This document shows positions 28,381 to 38,061 of a stretch of 64,000 nt of DNA, one piece after another. Position 1 is the first letter of the stretch. Each line of letters begins with the position of its first letter. Origin of the DNA: a virus. The notes under the pieces were generated by a model. The model made no database searches and had not been told where the DNA came from. It worked only from the letters and a program-made list of their open reading frames with translations. Location: IMG/VR virus record IMGVR_UViG_3300044294_000190, positions 1-64,000 of that record; one strand, given 5' to 3'. Position numbers and translations under genes: made by a program.

Positions 28381-31235
28381 TACGTTGTCCTCAACAATTC
28401 TCGCTTGATTTCTTGCTGCAAGATCCTAGAAATTTCTTGCGCCACTCGCTGAGCATCTTGTGTGTTGTTACCAGTAGATGTAACGTAGATGTTTGGAGCA
28501 ATATTAACACTTGTTCCACCCTGGATGACAACGCCATTACCCTGTTTAGCGGGTGTGTTAATCGTTGAGTCTCCACCACCAAACCCAAGTGGCATAGTAA
28601 TTGTTTTTTGTTCAGCTGGTGTGTCGACCACTGGGTCTCCACCACCAAACCCAAGCTCTTTAGTAATTGCTTGGGCCTTTGGCATAATAGACTCGGTGTT
28701 GGCAAGCGGATTTCCATCAATGTTCCATGGTGAGTAGTTTCCACCGCCAAACAAAATTCGAGCTGCTTTAACGTTTGTTTCTGGGTCATACAGTTCTTCG
28801 TTTTTATCTATCTTAAAATAATTACGTCGCGCAGGACCCATTTTGCCCATCATGTTGATTTGGAACAATCCATATGACAAATCGTCCTTATCATCCGCCT
28901 TTACTCCCGGAATCCATCGAGATTCTCTCCATGAAATAGCAAGCATGTTGGTAATGTCTTTTCCTTTAAAACCACGTTTGTGCAAAAGCCTGGCAAGGTC
29001 ATAGGGATCCATCGGCTGTTTAGACCCGGCAAGGTTTGAATAGTTAGTTTCCTCAGTTTTGCTTGAAGAGTTAGTTGCCCCAGTTCGGTTAGCAACTCCA
29101 CGAACGGTTGCCGAGCCTCCACCACCATCCATTTTTGCCGCAGTTGCGGCAAACGGTTCCCCAACAATTGACGAAATACTCACTTGACTAAAGGTTTCAT
29201 AGCTGGAACCAAGGGATCCAGAATTCCCAATTACTTTGTCGCCAACAACGGCCCCGCTATGCGGCTTACCCCTAGCGTCAACTTCTACGTTTGCAGAATC
29301 ACGCCTTGTTCCAGCCGGTTGCCCCCAAGGCGAGCCCCGTTTTTCGTACTCGAAACGAGAGTCAGGGAGCTCTGCTGGTTGTACGTGCCATGGCTCATTA
29401 TTAACATTAGCAAATGTCTTAAGACCAAACCTTTCTGCATTTTTGACCACCCAATCAAGATCGCCCACAAGGTCCGCCGCCAAACCAATTTCGTGCATAG
29501 AACGACCTGGGGGAGCGGCGGGTGGTCCTGAATGGTGTTTCCAACCTTTTCCATCCCAAGTTAAGTCGGCTTTTTCATTACCTCGCACAGGTCGATAACG
29601 GTCATGAAACAGCTTTGTCTGTTCAGCTTCAGATCGATGACCAGTACCAAGGCCTACGTTGGGGTTAGCGGCGAACAGGCGCAACAAACGATCACGGAAT
29701 TGAGAATTAAGTTTTGCAAAATGCCCAACGTTAGAAAGTTCACCCAGCGTTATTCGCTTAATTGGTTTGTTGTAGCCAATGGGAATTTTTGTCGTCTGTG
29801 GGCTTCCGGTTTTAGCGGTAGGCACAGGGTCACCAGACATCAGTGTTGCGCCTGTTGCTATTGCCCCAGCTGAAATTGCTAGAGACGCTCCTCCTGTAAA
29901 GGGTGTAAGGCCAGCACCAACCACAGCCCCACCAACCATTAAAGCACCACCAAGAATCTTGCGTCCAATGCTTCCTTTAGTAGATACGCCAGTGCCAACA
30001 ATTCCAGAAAGTTTGTCTTCAAAAGCTTCAAGTGCCCTGTTTACGCTCTGTATATTTTTTTCCATATCAGCAAAGTTGTCAGCTTGACGTTTGTAAAATT
30101 GTTCGTCTCGATTCTCTTTTACACGAATGGTTTCCTCAGCTTGAGTAGCAAAGTTTTGCTCAATCCCCATTACCGAACGGTGTTTTGCGTCTGAAGGGTC
30201 GTACATTGTTTTGCTACCAGTTTTTTTCTGATAAGACTGGTTGGCTTCGGCATAATCAAGAACTAGGTCAATCATGTCTGGCGGAACGCCGGATGCTTCA
30301 AGCATTGCTCTGGTATTTGACCCTTGTTGGCGGGCCCCAGCCAACCGATCAGCATTTGTAAGACCGGTTCTCTGAACAATTTGTTTAATAACGTTGTCCA
30401 TTGAGTTTTGCTGACCACCAAAGCCGTACAAACCCGTGCCAAGCATCATGGTCATTCGGTTGTTAACAGCAGCACTTCCCAATGTTCCAGCCATCTGAGC
30501 CATTTGCTCGGTGCTGTATGAGTAGCCAGACAGAGCACGAAGACCAGCAATACCAGCATGGTTTAGTTGGGCATTAATACCTGTAGATGCTTGCAAAGAA
30601 AGCAACGTATTTATGCCGTTGTAACCAAGTCGAGAACCGCGCATTGGGTCGCGCATATCCTCGATGTATTGCATGTTTGAGATGCCCTTGTTTTGCTGAT
30701 AGTAAACCGCAAGCTTGTCAACCGACAAAGAACGCATGTAGTTGTTATCAATGCGGGAATCAAGGGCTTGAATTCCAAGATTTAATGCTTGGAACGCAAA
30801 CATAGCAGCACTAGCTCCACCACCACCACCACCAGGGGCAGCACCACCAGGGGCAGCACCACCAGGAGCACGCGTGTTACCAACAAACACTTGTTGGACG
30901 TTGGTCACCGTCCCGCTTTGGTTTACCCCAGATCCAGGGGGGCCCATTGGTAGCGAAATACCAGCACCAGTGGGGTTCTGTGCCCCAGCACCACCACTCT
31001 GGGTTCTCTGAATTCCCTGCATCAGTTGCAGGGTCTTATTCAATTTTGTATTGATGTTGGGCAGCGTTTTATTTAAATACTCAAAATCTTTTCTAATCTG
31101 ATTAATTGACGCAGCAACTTTTTCAATAGCTTTAGTGTCAACATTAAACCTGGCGCGCAGATCACCCATCGCTCTGCCGCGACCACCACCCTGCGAGGGA
31201 TTTCCCGCAACGCTCGGTTCGTTAGTTGTTACCAT
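28380..31235 (-). CDS. tape measure protein with M15 peptidase and SLT/lysozyme-like domains
   Basis: AAPPGRSMHEIGLAAD...EPWH; RES...SYGLFQINM...DPETNVKAA. Confidence 0.88.
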   Translation of the reverse strand: MVTTNEPSVAGNPSQGGGRGRAMGDLRARFNVDTKAIEKVAASINQIRKDFEYLNKTLPNINTKLNKTLQLMQGIQRTQSGGAGAQNPTGAGISLPMGPPGSGVNQSGTVTNVQQVFVGNTRAPGGAAPGGAAPGGGGGGASAAMFAFQALNLGIQALDSRIDNNYMRSLSVDKLAVYYQQNKGISNMQYIEDMRDPMRGSRLGYNGINTLLSLQASTGINAQLNHAGIAGLRALSGYSYSTEQMAQMAGTLGSAAVNNRMTMMLGTGLYGFGGQQNSMDNVIKQIVQRTGLTNADRLAGARQQGSNTRAMLEASGVPPDMIDLVLDYAEANQSYQKKTGSKTMYDPSDAKHRSVMGIEQNFATQAEETIRVKENRDEQFYKRQADNFADMEKNIQSVNRALEAFEDKLSGIVGTGVSTKGSIGRKILGGALMVGGAVVGAGLTPFTGGASLAISAGAIATGATLMSGDPVPTAKTGSPQTTKIPIGYNKPIKRITLGELSNVGHFAKLNSQFRDRLLRLFAANPNVGLGTGHRSEAEQTKLFHDRYRPVRGNEKADLTWDGKGWKHHSGPPAAPPGRSMHEIGLAADLVGDLDWVVKNAERFGLKTFANVNNEPWHVQPAELPDSRFEYEKRGSPWGQPAGTRRDSANVEVDARGKPHSGAVVGDKVIGNSGSLGSSYETFSQVSISSIVGEPFAATAAKMDGGGGSATVRGVANRTGATNSSSKTEETNYSNLAGSKQPMDPYDLARLLHKRGFKGKDITNMLAISWRESRWIPGVKADDKDDLSYGLFQINMMGKMGPARRNYFKIDKNEELYDPETNVKAARILFGGGNYSPWNIDGNPLANTESIMPKAQAITKELGFGGGDPVVDTPAEQKTITMPLGFGGGDSTINTPAKQGNGVVIQGGTSVNIAPNIYVTSTGNNTQDAQRVAQEISRILQQEIKRELLRTT

Positions 31236-31387
31236 TACTCCTGCCTATGCCAGCGACTCATGGCCGCCCAATAAATACGTTGACGCACGGTCATCGTTTT
31301 AATATCTTTTAGCGAAAAGCCTTTGTAGACAGAAGCAATTGAATCGTAATCCCAATATGTACCTACTAGATTAGCTGAATAAAAGGG
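31235..31387 (-). CDS. frameshift extension of tail assembly chaperone (GT-like)
   Basis: 50-codon frame PFYSANLV...GFSLKDIKTMTVRQRIYW...QE with no early start codon; stop overlaps the tape measure ATG (TAATG). Confidence 0.75.
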   Translation of the reverse strand, partial: PFYSANLVGTYWDYDSIASVYKGFSLKDIKTMTVRQRIYWAAMSRWHRQE

Positions 31388-32165
31388 AGGCCCAATTCAA
31401 CATGATTGGAAAGGGCTTTTCACAATGGGCGCAGTGGGCTTCCACCTCCTTGATTTCTGGCCCCGGTTGAGCTTCTACTAATTTAGAAATAATCAAAGCG
31501 CGGTCTTTCATACCAAGGCTCTTTGCCCACTTATTCACATCCTTAGGCTTTTTACCTTCTTCCCATTCCGCACATCGAGCAATCAAAATGGTGTTTTGTT
31601 CAGGAATGTTGTTTGCCTTTTTACTAACTACTTGACTATCCGCACCATTGACCAAACGAAAACGCTGGGTGGTTCCGTTACGCAATTTAATTTCAATGGG
31701 CTCCTGGGGATTTCCCTTAGGTTTTTTAATTGGAAACTCCGACATTTCAATAAGAACGTCGTTTGACTTTCCACACTGAGGACAATTGATTTGGTACTCA
31801 CGGTTTTCGCCATAGGTTGCACGAACCGTGGTCAAAAACAAAGTGTCACGATCACCAATGATCAGAGCGTCAATAACTTCCGGATGTTTTTCAATTTGGA
31901 TGTTTCCAATACAATAAACGCTTCTCTTTAAAAGAGCCGCCATGTACTGCGCATACAACAAATCACCCTTGGCATCCAACGCCGCAAGGGCCTCCTCGTC
32001 TTCGCCAGTCAATTCCCTGACAGTTGCGGTAGTTTCCCACTCATTAGTTTCAGTATTTAGTACACCACGAAACAACTCAACGGTTGTATTTGGTGTTAAT
32101 TCAATTTTGGGGACTGGATCTGCAATAGCAGCCTGAACCGCAAGGGCTTCTGATTGTGTTGCCAT
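31371..32165 (-). CDS. tail assembly chaperone / T4 gp26-like Zn-binding protein
   Basis: VRELTGEDEE, IGDRD, CPQC, CAHC; between tube and tape measure genes. Confidence 0.8.
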   Translation of the reverse strand: MATQSEALAVQAAIADPVPKIELTPNTTVELFRGVLNTETNEWETTATVRELTGEDEEALAALDAKGDLLYAQYMAALLKRSVYCIGNIQIEKHPEVIDALIIGDRDTLFLTTVRATYGENREYQINCPQCGKSNDVLIEMSEFPIKKPKGNPQEPIEIKLRNGTTQRFRLVNGADSQVVSKKANNIPEQNTILIARCAEWEEGKKPKDVNKWAKSLGMKDRALIISKLVEAQPGPEIKEVEAHCAHCEKPFPIMLNWASLLFS

Positions 32166-32185
32166 ATTATGCTCCTAAGTTGTAA

Positions 32186-32812
32186 TCAGTTTGCTTCTGC
32201 CAGACTATTAATTTCCCCTGCGTTCCACGCCACGAAAAAACCTTCGTGGTGAATGTTTAACTGTTGAATCATAATGCCGTTGTCACCAGCATTCAAGTCG
32301 CTCAAACCGTAAGCACCGGGCCAGCAGTTAAACAGTTTGAATGCCAATTTGATGTTACCAGGCTTGAGATCAGCTGAAGGATCACTGCTATCCCAAGCAT
32401 AACGAGCATCCCCAGCGGTGTAGGGGTGGTCAAAGACTTTAACCAGAACGTTGCAACGGTAATTGGTTGAATCACCTTGGGCGCCACCAGGAAAACCACC
32501 AGTGCCACCGTTGATCCACGAATGAATGAACTTTTGCCACTTCCACAACTGGTCCTGAGTAGCAAACGCTCCACGAGCAAACGAAACTGCTGGGAAGTCT
32601 GACTGACCAACCATCTTGTGCGGATGAGTGTTCATACCACCCTCACGATAGGCAATTAGCTCGTTTTGAACTGACAGACCGCCCATCTGGGCAAAACCAA
32701 GATCGCCAATGCCAGTCAGCAAGTTTCCAAGAACGCCGGTACCGTCAATGGCTTCAAAACGAATCGTAAACTTAAAGTTACGAAGCGGGTCTGTACGTTG
32801 TACTTTAGGCAT
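32186..32812 (-). CDS. tail tube protein (T4 gp19-like)
   Basis: DPLRNFKF, YREGG, FNCWP, HEG. Confidence 0.92.
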   Translation of the reverse strand: MPKVQRTDPLRNFKFTIRFEAIDGTGVLGNLLTGIGDLGFAQMGGLSVQNELIAYREGGMNTHPHKMVGQSDFPAVSFARGAFATQDQLWKWQKFIHSWINGGTGGFPGGAQGDSTNYRCNVLVKVFDHPYTAGDARYAWDSSDPSADLKPGNIKLAFKLFNCWPGAYGLSDLNAGDNGIMIQQLNIHHEGFFVAWNAGEINSLAEAN

Positions 32813-32820
32813 GATATCTC

Positions 32821-34368
32821 CTAGATATTGGTAGTGGCCGTTGATCCACCAGCCCATTGGCTGACGGTAATGACAATGAATTCAGCAGGATTTTGCAATG
32901 CAACACCCACTTCAATATTAACTTGACCGTCTTCTACCGTGGTTGGCGTGTTGTTTGTCGAGTTACAGACGACGTAGAAAGCTTCTGACGTAGTGTTGCC
33001 CTTAAGACCACCGGTTCCCCAGAAAGCCGTAAGAAGTGCTGACACACGGATGGTCAGACCCTCCCACAGACGCACATCGTTCGGCTCAAAAAGTGCATAC
33101 GCGGTTGAGTCTTTCAACGTTTGCTTAAGGAAGTTTAACGAACGTCGAACCGTAATAAATTTGTCCGCAGTGTTGCGAGCCAAGGTTCGAGCACCATTGA
33201 TGACGACACCAACGCCGGGGACAATCGTGAACAAGTTGAGTTGCTGGTTCTTGTACAAAGATCCCTGCTCAGTCTCAGTCAGCGTTGCCACCAAACCATA
33301 AACATTTCGGATGTCAAGACTGTAGCCAGCTGGTGCTTTTGACACACCACGTGCAATTTCGGAACGAACAAAAGCACCAGCCACAGCCCCACCAGGAAAA
33401 GTAGTGCGAATGGAAGCAGCACCAGTCTTAGTTGGATCAAACATCTTTAATGCCGGACCATAAACCGCACCGTAGCTTGACTGGGCGTATGTTGAAACAA
33501 CAGACTCCAATGCCGATTTACTAGTGGCGGTCTTTGATGTGTCAATAATTAAGAATGAGTTACCCCGCTCTTGCATTTTTGCCAAACCATCATTGACGAT
33601 GGTTGACGAGGTTTGACCAACCAGATTAAACAAAAGGGTTTGGGTAACGACATCGTAACTATCAAGAGCGGAGGCCCATTCTGTTGAATCCACAGCGCCG
33701 CTGCCCTCCGACCCGTTGGCAAAGTTTCCAGTAGTCACATAGTCGTTAGCACCAAGTCCGGCAATGGTAAGAGCTGCGCTTGAGCTAACGGTTGCCACGC
33801 TGGCAGTCTTAATGTACGACGAGTACAGATCAAGGACAGAGCCAAGGTAACGGGAATTAGATGGGTCAATTGACAACCCAGACCAATTTTCAACTTCGGT
33901 CCCATCAAGTTTTACTGTAACAGCAAACAAAGAGTTGTTAGTAAATTTAGGAGTGGTTGTTGGGGTTTGAAGAGTTGTTTCGTCAAAAGTATAATCAACC
34001 GTCAAACTGTTGCCCCAACCTCCGGGAGATTTTGAAACCAATGTCCAAAGATTTGCCGCAGCGCCAACTTCTGGAGTTCCCTGCAAAGTAGAGGTTGCGG
34101 TAACTGCAGTCGAGTCAGCAACGCGGGTCACGTACGCGGTTTGACCACCATTTGCAAAATAGTGGTAAACAGCATAGCCAAGATCGTAGTCGTTGGTTAA
34201 TTCACCAAATAATTGACGATACTGATTCCACGACGTAACAGCAGTTGGGGTAACTGGTCCACGCTCAGCCGTACCCAAAAATGCGGCGGCGGTTACACCA
34301 CTGTTTGCGTTAATGTTGGTAATAAACGCCGATTCTTTGACGTATACTCCTGGACGCTCGTATGCCAT
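32821..34368 (-). CDS. contractile tail sheath protein
   Basis: RPGVYV, YFANGG, KAPAG, GARTL, VRR, FEPND, PAEFIVI. Confidence 0.96.
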   Translation of the reverse strand: MAYERPGVYVKESAFITNINANSGVTAAAFLGTAERGPVTPTAVTSWNQYRQLFGELTNDYDLGYAVYHYFANGGQTAYVTRVADSTAVTATSTLQGTPEVGAAANLWTLVSKSPGGWGNSLTVDYTFDETTLQTPTTTPKFTNNSLFAVTVKLDGTEVENWSGLSIDPSNSRYLGSVLDLYSSYIKTASVATVSSSAALTIAGLGANDYVTTGNFANGSEGSGAVDSTEWASALDSYDVVTQTLLFNLVGQTSSTIVNDGLAKMQERGNSFLIIDTSKTATSKSALESVVSTYAQSSYGAVYGPALKMFDPTKTGAASIRTTFPGGAVAGAFVRSEIARGVSKAPAGYSLDIRNVYGLVATLTETEQGSLYKNQQLNLFTIVPGVGVVINGARTLARNTADKFITVRRSLNFLKQTLKDSTAYALFEPNDVRLWEGLTIRVSALLTAFWGTGGLKGNTTSEAFYVVCNSTNNTPTTVEDGQVNIEVGVALQNPAEFIVITVSQWAGGSTATTNI

Positions 34369-34406
34369 GATGACTCCTATTACGTAGTTTTAAAGTGGAA
34401 AGATCA

Positions 34407-35072
34407 CTAATTAAAGACCGATAACTGGTGTTTAATTGTACTATTAATTGTGGACACGGGTTTAACAGATGCCAGATATTCATAATCTTCATATGCCAAT
34501 TCCGCAGACATCCGCAAGGTAAGTACCTTACGGAAAATACGCTTACGGAACCCAGACTCCATGTCGAGCAGGTCGGCATTGGTCCAGTCCAGTAAGTCAA
34601 ACCTTCGGGTAGTCCCATCTGCTGGGATAGTTATTGAATTAAAGCGCATCGGGACAGTCTTTTGTAGAATGCCAGCCGTTAGCTCACGATCATGTAAAGC
34701 CGTTCTGGTGTAGGTCGACACCTGATAAAGTAAGTCCATAGGAATAAAATCTTGGGTTTTTTTAAATGAAGTTCGTGACGATCCTGACACGCTTGCGCTA
34801 GTGCTAGGCCAATAGTCAAAATAGGCAGGGTTTCCGTCCCAGTTATTTGGAGCCCCCGAATAAATCATTAGATCTGAATGCTGACGGTCTGCGGCATGAA
34901 GAACGTCAATTAATTCGACAGTAATAAATGGGTAATCACGTTCGGTTTCTGATTCTGGATAACGAAAGAATATGCGGACTGGGCGGGTATTATTGCGGTC
35001 ATCCGTGATTTTTATATTAGAAAAACGTAGTTTAACAGCTTCGTCCTCTGCTAGCAGGAAGCCAATTTTCAT
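34407..35072 (-). CDS. tail terminator / neck protein
   Basis: YPFITVELID...PMDLLYQV; directly upstream of sheath. Confidence 0.7.
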   Translation of the reverse strand: MKIGFLLAEDEAVKLRFSNIKITDDRNNTRPVRIFFRYPESETERDYPFITVELIDVLHAADRQHSDLMIYSGAPNNWDGNPAYFDYWPSTSASVSGSSRTSFKKTQDFIPMDLLYQVSTYTRTALHDRELTAGILQKTVPMRFNSITIPADGTTRRFDLLDWTNADLLDMESGFRKRIFRKVLTLRMSAELAYEDYEYLASVKPVSTINSTIKHQLSVFN

Positions 35073-35458
35073 TGCGGCAACCCCAAAAGCTTGTTTAGAT
35101 TTTGGTTAATTTTTTTACCCAAGTTTTGGTTAGCAGTAACCACTTCATGTCTAATCAAAGATCTGGCAGGGGGACCGTACTCCAAGCGAAAGGCTTTTTG
35201 TGCCGAGGCGTTGCCCTTAACCCTATATACAAATGCTAAGTCTTTGGAGTCCCACTCAATAGTAAAGTCTTCAGCAATGTCTTCGTATTGTGCTTCCTTT
35301 TGGGGAAGCTCTTTTTGAATGCGAGAGATCTCTGCATCAAGGGCTGGTTCTACAGCAAGTTTAAGATACTCATTAATGTTTAAAACGATGTCCCCCAAGT
35401 ACAGCAGCGGGGACGGAACTCCAGAAATGAAGTTAGTAGAACTAGAGGACGTAGTCAT
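35069..35458 (-). CDS. putative neck/tail completion protein
   Basis: LEYG motif and position; start uncertain (35458 or 35476). Confidence 0.6.
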   Translation of the reverse strand: MTTSSSSTNFISGVPSPLLYLGDIVLNINEYLKLAVEPALDAEISRIQKELPQKEAQYEDIAEDFTIEWDSKDLAFVYRVKGNASAQKAFRLEYGPPARSLIRHEVVTANQNLGKKINQNLNKLLGLPQ

Positions 35459-35531
35459 AGATTGCCACCATGGCACTCCTTAGTTCTAGGCAGTTGTGAT
35501 GTGCAACGGCGCGTTGCACGGTTTAATCTTA

Positions 35532-36062
35532 TCAGGAAATTGAAGGCAATGAAGCGGGCCAAGGAAAGTTGTCTACCCTCATTGCCTCTGGACCGGGATC
35601 GTTGGGCATTTCGTCATCTACGTAGACTTCAATGCCTTCAATAACGACTAACACGTCATCTTTTGCTCGACCACGAACGCGATACATGGTTACTTGGTAA
35701 TACCTAGCATCGTAAAAAAACATGTCGTTAAGGTGGCGTTGGTACTCAAAGGTGTCGGGAACTCCCGCATCGCGCATGTCGTCAATAGACAAAACAACGT
35801 TTACCACTTGGACCGGCTGTCGACCTTCTGGAATAGCTCGCTTAGTGTCTTCAGTTTCAGTTATTTGGATAATAGGTATCGGTATTCCCTTTTTATACTT
35901 TTTCCCACCAGACCCAGCTGGACCTTCATCGTATACATCGTCGTAGGAGCTGCCATTAGCGCCAAACGAAATAAACGAAAACCATGTAATGAATTCGCCA
36001 GTGCGCTTATGGTAATCCCGGTATTGTTTTCGAATTAATGAAAGTTCTCGTCTGGTATCCAT
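35532..36062 (-). CDS. putative head closure protein
   Basis: DDVYDEG motif; position after the adaptor gene. Confidence 0.65.
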   Translation of the reverse strand: MDTRRELSLIRKQYRDYHKRTGEFITWFSFISFGANGSSYDDVYDEGPAGSGGKKYKKGIPIPIIQITETEDTKRAIPEGRQPVQVVNVVLSIDDMRDAGVPDTFEYQRHLNDMFFYDARYYQVTMYRVRGRAKDDVLVVIEGIEVYVDDEMPNDPGPEAMRVDNFPWPASLPSIS

Positions 36063-36064
36063 AA

Positions 36065-36916
36065 TTAAATACCGTAAATTGCAGAAGTATTAGACCCAAC
36101 TCCGGGGGGTGTGTCAATAAAAACGTCGTCAAACAGTTTGTCTTCTGGCTCCTCAATTCCAATAATACCGTCGCTAATTTCTGGAAAAATTCTTTCAATT
36201 GGACCAGTTTCACCAAGTTCACGAGCCTTATACAAGGGAACAAGGCGATTTGTAGTCCTAGACACACGACGAAGATTCATAATTTCAATACGATCCAAAC
36301 CAATGTTGAGAGCCTTGGCCTGTTTTTCGTAGGCTTTAGACCAGTAGTCAAGCAAACTTTGCACCATGCGGTAACGCTGACTTGCCGGGATGTGCACAGA
36401 CTCAGAAGTCATAACATCAATGTCTCTACTGTATTCCGTCAACAATCCCCACAAAGCATCAACAACTGTTCCCATTCCAATGGTGTCGACAACAATGTCA
36501 GACATATTTTCCAAAGCAATGGGTAAGTTGTAAACATGTTGTTCAATAGAGTGGCGTGCATAGAACTTCAAGTCACTTGGCAAAACCCATTCGTAGTAAT
36601 ACCCTTCAACAAGAATTTTGGTTGAAGATGAAAAACTTGTATTAAAACGAATAATTCCATTGCGCTGGTCTAACGAGTAGTACGCGCTTGCAGTTTTGTC
36701 GGTTGTAACGGTTACTGGAGACCCGGTTGTATAGGTTGCAATCCATAGGCTGTCAGCATCAATATTTGGGCTTCCTAGTTCGTAGGTTCTACCCACCGCA
36801 TCAAAAGACACTTGAAAGAATTTAGGAAAATCTCGTAAAAAGCCACGTGCTATATACATGACTTGTTTGACAACGTCCTCATCAAACCCACTGTTAACTA
36901 GATCTTGATGAGCCAT
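36065..36916 (-). CDS. putative head-tail adaptor
   Basis: DIDV..SESVHIPASQRY, LRRVSRTTNRLVP; position. Confidence 0.65.
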   Translation of the reverse strand: MAHQDLVNSGFDEDVVKQVMYIARGFLRDFPKFFQVSFDAVGRTYELGSPNIDADSLWIATYTTGSPVTVTTDKTASAYYSLDQRNGIIRFNTSFSSSTKILVEGYYYEWVLPSDLKFYARHSIEQHVYNLPIALENMSDIVVDTIGMGTVVDALWGLLTEYSRDIDVMTSESVHIPASQRYRMVQSLLDYWSKAYEKQAKALNIGLDRIEIMNLRRVSRTTNRLVPLYKARELGETGPIERIFPEISDGIIGIEEPEDKLFDDVFIDTPPGVGSNTSAIYGI

Positions 36917-36930
36917 GTAACAAGTTTACT

Positions 36931-37095
36931 TTATGTTGAAGGCTGGTCACCAGAGCCAGCGCCGGGAACGGTGTCTTGCAACTGCTGACCAATTGCTGGT
37001 TGTTGTTCCCTGAATCGTTGCAACGTAAATCGACGTACTTTTGTAATGTCCTGGACACTGCCGGACGGTAACGGAAGTAGTTCTTCTTCTCTCAC
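36931..37095 (-). CDS. 54-aa hypothetical protein
   Basis: Hand-translated MREEELLPLPSG...GSGDQPST; GTGA overlap with the upstream stop; fills the gap. Confidence 0.65.
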   Translation of the reverse strand: MREEELLPLPSGSVQDITKVRRFTLQRFREQQPAIGQQLQDTVPGAGSGDQPST

Positions 37096-37736
37096 AATCC
37101 AGCCAAAAAGAACGGATTTAAAGGCTCGTCAAACCCCGGACCAGCGTAAGCAGCAAGGTTTTCCCAAAAAGCTCCTTGTTTTACGTACAAAGAAGATTGT
37201 CCTGTTGCAGGGGAAAACGCTGTTCGCACGTACAAGTCTCCGGATGAACCAACGTTTCCGGGAACAGCCGCTCCACTTCTAATAATGGTTCCAATAAATT
37301 TACGCTTATCAACGGAGCTTGTTACCCCAAACGTCTCACCAGACTTTCGATACAACGCGTACAGAAGCATCTGTGTGTCTAATAGTGTTGGAAATACAGG
37401 ATTGGTTGCGTCTGTAGTGCCAGCAACAACAGTCAACACAAACAACGCACCACTTTTCTCCGCTACCACCAAGTCAAAGCGGGGGTCGGAAGCAGCGACA
37501 GTAAGTGACAAAGTTGATCCCGAAATGGCTGCGTACTCACCGTTGATAAGAGCCTCACCAGAAGTTAGCGTGATAAGGCCATTACTAGCAGATGAGTACG
37601 TGGCATCAAAGCCAGAAAAAACACCGTACTTGTTATTACCAAGCACTGAGAAATCGAGTGAATCAGGTTCTGCTTGATCAAGGCTCTGGATTGCTACCCC
37701 AAAACTACTTGCGTTGGGTACTGTAAATCCAGACAT
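37092..37736 (-). CDS. virion structural protein
   Basis: QAEPDSLDF, PRFDLVV, GDLYV; in the head module. Confidence 0.7.
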   Translation of the reverse strand: MSGFTVPNASSFGVAIQSLDQAEPDSLDFSVLGNNKYGVFSGFDATYSSASNGLITLTSGEALINGEYAAISGSTLSLTVAASDPRFDLVVAEKSGALFVLTVVAGTTDATNPVFPTLLDTQMLLYALYRKSGETFGVTSSVDKRKFIGTIIRSGAAVPGNVGSSGDLYVRTAFSPATGQSSLYVKQGAFWENLAAYAGPGFDEPLNPFFLAGL

Positions 37737-37743
37737 TTAAACC

Positions 37744-37995
37744 TCAGAGAGTGTCGTAAATATTCCCCGTGCTCTTTAGATAATCATACAAACCACGAGG
37801 GAGCTTGTATCGGGTTCCGTCTTTAAAATCCCAAGACGATTGACCCCAAAACATTACCCAAGTACCTTTCACGCGTGCAGAAACTGTCCCATCTGGGTCG
37901 CCCCCCGGGACAACCGTTGGTTCAATGATTTCAACAGTGTGAAGATTTTCTTCTTCTTGTTCTACAAACTCTTTAATTATTTTTTTACGTGCCAT
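37744..37995 (-). CDS. small head-associated hypothetical protein
   Basis: 83 aa, directly after the capsid gene. Confidence 0.7.
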   Translation of the reverse strand: MARKKIIKEFVEQEEENLHTVEIIEPTVVPGGDPDGTVSARVKGTWVMFWGQSSWDFKDGTRYKLPRGLYDYLKSTGNIYDTL

Positions 37996-38014
37996 ATCGT
38001 GTCCTTATTGTGGG

Positions 38015-38055
38015 TTGTGTGAGGTGGGCAGAATTACCTACCCACCCTAACACAA
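38015..38055 (-). terminator. hairpin downstream of major capsid gene
   Basis: TTGTGT..GGTGGG / CCCACC..ACACAA inverted repeat. Confidence 0.55.
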
Positions 38056-38061
38056 GTTAAA

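Noticed and set aside
30828-30870. 15-bp repeats in the tape measure gene
   Set aside because: Simple PGGAA coding linker
21013-35072. Extracellular contractile injection system / tailocin
   Set aside because: Capsid, portal, terminase and replication genes are contiguous, so this is a phage tail
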